The position numbers and the translations under genes are program-made. A DNA stretch of 64,000 nucleotides from Adineta vaga (Eukaryota; Animalia; Rotifera). Of the stretch, positions 55,898 through 64,000 are shown one piece after another. Each line of letters begins with the position of its first letter. Position 1 is the first letter of the stretch. The notes under the pieces were generated by a model. That model saw only the letters and a list, made by a program, of their open reading frames with translations, was not told the DNA's origin and ran no database searches. The stretch lies in NCBI GenBank assembly GCA_021613535.1, contig CP075495.1, positions 11,780,001 through 11,844,000 on the forward strand. Reading direction: 5' to 3'.

Positions 55898-58800
55898 ATG
55901 GAATCTACTATTAATAATAGTGATGATAGTCCATCGAAAAAAGATGAATCATCAACGACTTTACAAATTAATCCGCCTTCGATTATGACATCTATTACTT
56001 CATTTATACCTGTTGATGATAATGAAGAAAATAAACTTGAAACAACAAACCTCCAGAAAATGCAACTACAATCAACCGATAATTACGCATCACGATCAGA
56101 CAACTCTGATCATATTAATATACCGAAGTGTTCATTAAATGTACATATGGATGAGCGTTCAGTTGCCGCATGGGTACAATCGACGACAACAGAACTAGTA
56201 TCATCTCCTATTGAACGTTCACCATCTTTACCTGCAACAATTCTGGAACAGATAACTACACGTAGTCGACGAAATTCTACTGTTTCAACATTATGTGATC
56301 AAACACAATCACAACAACCACAAACGTCCGTTTTTTCAGATACGATGTCATCGACTATCTCACAAAATCTATCAAATACAACGGATATTCAACGAAGTTT
56401 TTCATTTCCAACTGTTGATCACCATCAGCATGATAACATCAATGAAGAAGAAGATCAATTTATGCCCGAAGAAAATGAAGATGATATGTCAACACAATTT
56501 CTACCTGTTCCCGACTCTGAAGATTCTGAAATTGATAAAACAATTGAAAAAGCATCTGTGTCAGCAGATGCATCTCCATTTAAAACTCGTTCTTCTAATG
56601 ATGAAACAAGCAAATTATCATCGAATGTTTCTTTTCATGCTTCTGTTTCATTCGATCCTCATCGTAAATTATTACCTACTCAACGACGTCGACATAATTC
56701 TTGGAATACAAATAAAAATAAATCTGCCAACTATCGACGGTCAGTATCATATAAACCAACATTATTACATTCTCAAATTATTCAAAAGAAGTATCATACT
56801 TGTTCTTCAATGCCATCTGGAATTCAATCGTATCCAAGTCATAGAACAAATCAATCATCGAGTTATTCTGATAATGTTTTTCTCTCAACATCAGCAACCA
56901 ATTCTCCTTTATCATCTTATCATGCAAATTCAACACATCATATTCCAATAGATTCACGATTTTTACCAATTCCCTCGTCAGCATCAATGATTTCAACGGA
57001 TCGATTAACATCCAATATATCCGATGCATCTGGTCAAAGTGGTATTGAATCATCCAATTTACGAACAAGTGCATCTGAACCACCGCATACCGCAAGTATC
57101 AACGAAGAAGAAGAAGGAGAGCAACAACAACATAATGTTGAAACCAAAGGCGAGAAAAAACTATTTTATTTACAGCCAATACGTCCAAATTCAGTTTCAT
57201 CGAGATCATCAACAACGGCAAGTACAGAAAGTTTACCAACTTCGTCAAATGAAGATGAAGCAAATAATATGCATAAAAAGATGGATGTATTAAATAAACT
57301 TGGGAAAAAACCACGCACACCCTATGATCAAAGATTAGATGTATTAAGACAATTAGTTTGGTTATTAGAAAAACGACCAGCAATTTGTCCTCGATTAAAT
57401 CTTGGACGACGAAAACCAACTCAAGCAACAACATCAGTATGTATGCATAAAAATTATGTTCAGTTATATATAAGAAAGGCTGATATAATAACTTGTGTTT
57501 TTTTCTTCATTAGGTTCGTTCATCGGCTCGATTGAATAATACGACAACAATTACTCCACATGCAGAATCTGACTTAACTCTGACTTCTAAAGTCTCTCCA
57601 CAATTATTTTCAAGTTCACACGAAAATTCTAATCAAGTACATTCATTACCTATCAATACATTTCGTCCTCAATCACCTTCATCATCACAAGCATTCACAT
57701 CGTGTATCGATCCTCTCAGTCAAAGTTATACTTCTGTTCGTAGTATTCATTCAGATTCTAGTCTCAATACATCTTTGATCAATACGAAAGCAGTACCAGC
57801 TAATTCAACTACTGGTACAATATCCTTGACATCTTCACTTCATTTACAACGTAATACACCATCAACTACGAATCAATCTCAACGAAGACGAGGACTTCAA
57901 CATCGTCGTAATTTGAGTGGTCTAGCTGCTGTTCATCGAGATCGTAAGAATTCATTTACAAAATCGAATACAACTAAAATGGATGAACAACAAACAACTT
58001 CTCAAATATCTCAACAACAGACAGGTACATTAGTTCGTGATATAAAAGCAATTCTTAATGAACATATAACGATGATTAATGATTTACTCTTAAAACATTC
58101 ATGTAATGCAAGTATACAATATCCATCACAAAATTCTTCAATACGTGATTATCTCTATACACGTTTAAGTGAATTATCATTACGAAATCCAATGAATCAA
58201 CGTTGTTCACGAATTGAAACAAAAGCATTTATTGATTCGATAACAACTTATCAAATGAATCGATCACATCATTATAGTTTTTTAATTCAAAGTGTTCGAG
58301 ATCTATTGAAATCTAATATTGATCCTGTACGTTTATCAACTTGTTCAAGTGAAACGGAAGAAGACATTACAAAAATGACTACGAACAAAACCGATAATGG
58401 TTTATTAAATTCATCTATATCATCATTATCTCGTTTAAAATTAACTGAAACAAATCATGATTTAAAATCTTTCAAAGATCATCCATTACGTTTCTTTCGT
58501 ACATTATCTGATGATTATATTCGAGATTGTGAACAAACAGAAAAAGATTTAACACAAAAATTATTTGATATTGCCGATAAACAATATATACTCTATTGTT
58601 TAAAACATGTGGATAGCGGTCATACAAATGATTTACTTTCAGTTTTTCATAGACGACTTGATGCGATGTTTGTTTGGTATAATTTATATTATGAATTAAC
58701 GATATCTGTTAAGAAACTAAGTGGTCTATTACGTTGTGATGATTGTGATGATTGGCCAAAATTACATTTTCGTTCATTAGCAACAGATCGTGAACGAAAA

Positions 58801-61800
58801 GCTAAACGAGCAGATGAAAGTGATGATTATAGTACAAGTGAAGATGATAGTGGTGAAGCAGATAATAATGAGGTTAAAACAACAGAAGAAAGTGAAATCG
58901 AAAATGAATCTGAACAGATCGAAAGTGGGATTGGTAAAACAGAAAGTGGAGATGAACTTGATGAGATACCAAAAGTAAATCGAACATTTCTTGTTTCAAT
59001 GAGTAGAAAAATCTATTTGATGATTTTTTTTGCATTAGAATTGTTGGTCTGATGAACCATATGAACAATTTTCAAGTCTTAAAAGTAAATCAATAAAAAT
59101 TATTTAGCAAAAGAAATTCTTGAATTTTCACTTTGTATTCATAGCTGATGAATCACCTCAATCTACAACAGATGGTACTTCAAAAAAAATCGATCGAACA
59201 AAATGTTATCGGTAAAATAAAAACATATGTTTCTAAATTGATTAAATCAACGTTTTCGTTTTTCAGAAATTTTGTTTATTATATGGATAAACGTTCCTAT
59301 CAAGTGAAATATGATGGTTTAGCTCGAACATTAATTGAACGTATTGCACCTGTTTTGGTTAAAACTCGTCTCGCACTTTTACAAACAAATCATCGACGTG
59401 ATATTAAAATTGAACATGTTCTTGCTGGCTTATCTCTATCGGATTTTCAATTATCCGATATTAATCAAACGAATTCAAAAATCAATTCTAATAATGATGA
59501 TATTGATGATAAACTAGTTGATACAGATAATCCAGTTAAAGATGATAGTACGACAAATTTAAATATTGGAGAATTAACTATTGAAAAATGGTTACATCAT
59601 GTTTTAAAATCATGTTCAACAATAAAAACGATATGTTCACATACAGATGATATATTAAAACATAATTGGCTAGAATTACATGAACAAATCGGTTTACCAT
59701 CACTATTACCATTATATTTCTTTATTATTAATGTTTTACTTGATGTGATGAATGAATGTTTAAGTCTTTATATGAAACCATACATGAATAATGATATTGT
59801 AGAAGTTGATGCACTTTGTCGACAACAAGTAAAGAAATAAAACATCGTTTTTAGATATCTTTTTTTCTTTCTTTCTAGCTCGTTCGTGAAGCTAAATTGG
59901 TTTTAAGGTAAATTGAATAGAAGAAAAAATATCGATTTGAGCATTTTCTTATGTTTTTGAATAGAGATGCATTGGCAACTCGTTTGTATAGTGTTCGTAT
60001 GATGGAACAATTTATTTCTAATCGTAAAATTGCATATGAATTAGCTGATTTCGATGAAAAAATTGTGAATCTCTATATGGTTATTCGTTTATTTCTTGTT
60101 ATTCATCCTTTCAATCTATTTTTGTATTTTAGCATTATAAACAATTTCTAAGTACAGTATCAATTAATCGAACGTATGATATTCATGATGATAGTCATCC
60201 AGTATCAATCAATGAAACAGATCGTGAATATTATTATTATGTCGATGAAGAAACATCCGAATTGATTAAAGAATATTATTTTGCACGAGATTTAACATTA
60301 ACATTAGGAAATCGAGATTTAATTCATGCGTTGGGAGTTCAATTTAAGTATGTAAATTGGAATTATTCATAAGCTTTTTTTTTAATAAAAATCGTCTTTG
60401 TGTGTGTGTATTTCTAGTGATTTGGTAAGAGGAATCTTAGCACAATTAAAAGAAGAATTATATGAGACAACAGAAACATATTATCAAGTATTTGCAGCTG
60501 ATACAACAAATGCATCGAGTACAAGTGATGGAATTTATTCAGCAGAGTATGTTATCAAAACTATAATCTCAGTTTTTTTTCTACAGAAGACACATCTACA
60601 CTGATATTGTATCTCTTTTTTAGAGTAATACCTGAATCCACAAGACCACCTTATTATCATACATCTGCTAGTGTACCACCAGATTTTGCTCTTTCAGAAT
60701 TATCCATATGTGATGCATCTGCATCTTTCTCTGAACAGAAAAAGTAATCGAACAAGAAAGAAATGTTCTATTATGATAAAAAAATTATTTGATTTTTTCT
60801 ATAGATGTGAAATCATTTATAGTACACGAGAATTTCGTCGTAGTTTCGATACAATTAAACAACGAACAATTCGAATATGTTCATTAGCTAAAACTCTTAT
60901 CAATGTAAGCTTTCATATAGAATTATTTCGAATCGATATTTTTGACTTCTCTCTCTTAGGATTTTTCAATTGCAGCTGAATTTAAATGCCATAGTTACAT
61001 CGATCTCTGGCATGATCTCGGAAAAAATAACTATTCTCAAGTAAAACTTCATTTAGATTCTAGTGTAAGTTAAATAATTTCATTTTCTATTGAAAAGCTC
61101 TTCTATTCTTCTTCTTCTTATAGAACTCGAATGATTTCGATAGTTTCTATCTATTCGTTCCTCTCTGGTTATCAACCGATAAAACTCAAGTTGAAAAATT
61201 ACTAAATATTATCTGCAGTCATCAATTATCCATAGATGAAATGAAAGCATCGAACAGTAATTCAAATCCATCATTTATGATATTTGTACCAAAAAAGAAT
61301 TTTCATTCACAAAATTTGTCATGGACCGGTGATATTGTTCTCATTCGTGCTAGTGAAAGTACTCAATTAGCATTGAATTCAACTGAATTAACATGTCTTC
61401 ATTTGGTTGTTATACGAGCAGATCATTGGAAACAATCCATTGATTTATTTCTACAACATACAGGATCAAATAATAATATTCAATTAGTTAAAAAATTAGC
61501 ACGAGATGAAGATATACGTTTAACATTCGATCAATTACCTGTATGGCTCTTTGTTTTGTTTTGTTTTCTTATGAAAATGATTTTTATTAATCTACTAGGA
61601 ATATATTGATCAATTAAGTAATCAATTCACATATCTTGTTCGAATATTAAATACAATATGGGATCAAGATTCCATCAAGATTTTTCTTACTGATATTGTC
61701 AAATTTGATGAACGACAATTACGTACAATTGAATCGAAATTACTTGATCTTGTTCTCTATGTTTATAATTCTGGTTTTGAATTATTTTGTCTTCTTTACG

Positions 61801-64000
61801 AACTTCTACCATCTGTTACAATTAATGATGATAAAATTTTAAAGAAATTTGTTAGTACAATGAATGATTTCTTTTGTGAATGGTGTAAATGTGTAACAAA
61901 GAAATTTAAACATACATCCACTCAACAAACAAGAATAGCAAAATATAAAGTTTTAAGGTAGAAAATTTAAGAAATATTGGAAAAGAAAACTTCTCATTTC
62001 GTTCATTTGATAGGCCAAGATGGTTTTCACCGGGAATGATATTTTTAAGATTTCTAGCAAAGTCACCACATTTAAAATTGTTAACAGAAGATGAATATGG
62101 AAAATTAATGACTGTAATGCCTGTCGCATTGAAAGCATTACGTGGAAATACATTAGATAATCGTGAATTACCGTTAATAAAAGGTAAATTGAAATTTATT
62201 AGAAAGATTTTATATATCAGAAAACTAGAAATCAATTAATTACTCTATATTATTCTCTCTTGAAACAGATGTTAGGTTTGTAATTGATCACTTGGATCGA
62301 ACTTTCAGTATTGGTAAGAAAGAGATTATCGATATAATATTGTTTGTTTTAATATAACATTTCGAATGAAATATCAAGTTTCAGATGTAAATGAGAATAT
62401 GTTGAGATCTACAGAGTTCATGTACTTTACTTGTATAAAAACACTAACAACTGAATCTTGATATTTCTTAAATGTAATTGGTATTGTTTCTATTGATGAT
62501 CTGTGACTGGGCTGTGATTATTCTTTCATATTTCCTTACTATTATAATATCATTTCATTCTTTTTCTTTAGCACGTTCAAATAGTGTCTCATCAACATCA
62601 GCAATATCTACTCGTCAACGTAATCGATCTAGTACAAGTTCGTCGATTGTCTTGTTTTTTCTTTTATAATTTAATCATCATTGCTTTCTTTGAATCTATC
62701 AAGGTGGACATCGACGCATTGATAGTGGTGGTGGTATGAATGAAATATTTCCATTAACATCAATAACTCCTCTTGAACGTATTCAAAATACTATAAAAAA
62801 TCGTGAGAATGAACTTGAACAAAAACTTCGTGAACGAAAACAAATTGGTCAAATTTTTGATATTAATAATACAACTACAGCTAGCTCAACATTGGATCCT
62901 GGTATATCATTGAAAACACGTAATATTGCTTTTCCATGGCGCCGTGGTACACGTATCGGACAAGGTGGTGCTGGTGTCGCATTTCGTGCCATCAATAGTT
63001 CCAATGGTTCTATTGTTTGTATGAAAGAAATTCAATTATCATCGATCGCATCTCGTTCATTACCAAGTACATATCCAGAAAAATTACGACGTATAGCTGA
63101 AGAAATTGATATGATTATGTCTATAAATCATCCAAATATTGTTCGATATTTTGGTATTGAAAAATATAAGGTAGAAAGGAGATGTTTATTCTTCATTATT
63201 TGTCTGAGAAAGAAAATGATCTTGATGTTATTTAGAGAACAATTTATATTTGTATGGAATATTGCTTATCAACTGTAAATGAATTTTTAAATGATATACG
63301 AGCATTTCAAAATCGTGCTCATAGTCGAAAATCAAATAGTAGTATATGGACAGATTCAAGTGATCAAGATGATGAAATCAATATGGATAATGTTCATATA
63401 GCACCTTCTTTAAATGTTTATGAACTTGTTCGAGGTTTTGTCAAACAACTTTTGCAAGCATTATTAGTTTTACATGAACATTGTATAATTCATTGTGATG
63501 TTAAAGGTGATAATATATTTATTGCAAATGAAAATGGACATTATATTGTGAAATTAGGTGTAAGTTCAATTGAAGATAAAATTAGAAAAGAGTATTGCAA
63601 AAGGTATTTTTGTATATTTAGGATTTTAACTTATCTCATCGATTAGAATTAGAATCACCTTCTGCAGATGCAAGTGATTCTCGAAGTACACAATTTGGAA
63701 CATTATGTAAGATCTATTCATCATTGAACTTTAGAAAAATGTAGTCTTATTTTATAAAAAATGCGAGAGATCAATAACATCAACAATAGAAATTCACTAT
63801 CGAATTTTGAATGTATTTTTCATGACATATCGAGAAGGAAATATTGATTTTTCTATTATACAGTCCCGTTTCATTAGAATAGTATAGTTTAATCTTTTCT
63901 TTCATATTGATTTGATAATTTTACTGTTTCCATAAATTTGCTAGATTTCAAACCACCAGAACCAGAATATGTCTATCAATCTGATATTTGGGCACTTGGT
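55898..64000 (+). CDS. MAP3K4: MAP3K4/MEKK4-like kinase; long N-terminal region and C-terminal kinase, truncated by window end
   Basis: Helical region with DFSIAAEF...LFVP and RPRW (MEKK4-like); kinase starts FPWRRGTRIGQGGAG...CMKEI, then HPNIVRYFGIE, MEYC, HCDVKGDNIF, KLGDFN, SDIWALG. Confidence 0.8.

Noticed and set aside
1-64000. CRISPR arrays, prokaryotic operons, tRNA/rRNA genes, autonomous transposons
   Set aside because: The sequence is intron-rich eukaryotic DNA; no repeat-spacer arrays, RNA gene signatures, transposase or reverse transcriptase motifs were seen.

Overview
Very AT-rich eukaryotic (animal) genomic DNA, densely packed with genes broken by short GT-AG introns (mostly about 50-70 nt). 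This style most resembles a bdelloid rotifer (inference, not proven). Splicing the exons by hand gives 12 protein-coding genes: p90 RSK kinase with alternative first exons (+), an M14A carboxypeptidase (+), a Tctex1-domain protein with a +1 frameshift (+), a YIL108W/Metallopep-like zinc protease (-), a stand-alone KCTD-CTD/GFRP-like small protein (+), a secreted prepropeptide (+), CEP89 (-), a 17-kb fibrocystin-L/PKHD1L1 gene with added FN2 domains and one frameshift (+), an unknown Ser-rich protein (-), a single-exon class A GPCR (+), a GPAM/GPAT-like protein that has lost its catalytic motifs (-) and cytosolic Asn-tRNA synthetase (+). A thirteenth gene, a divergent MAP3K4/MEKK4 (+), runs off the window end. 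There is one MITE-like element, and no RNA genes or CRISPR arrays were seen. The best leads are the apparently dead GPAT (possible non-enzymatic piRNA-pathway scaffold), the operon-like NARS1-MAP3K4 junction, the orphan peptide precursor, the stand-alone KCTD-CTD-like protein and the two frameshifts. All homology calls come from recalled motifs, not database searches.
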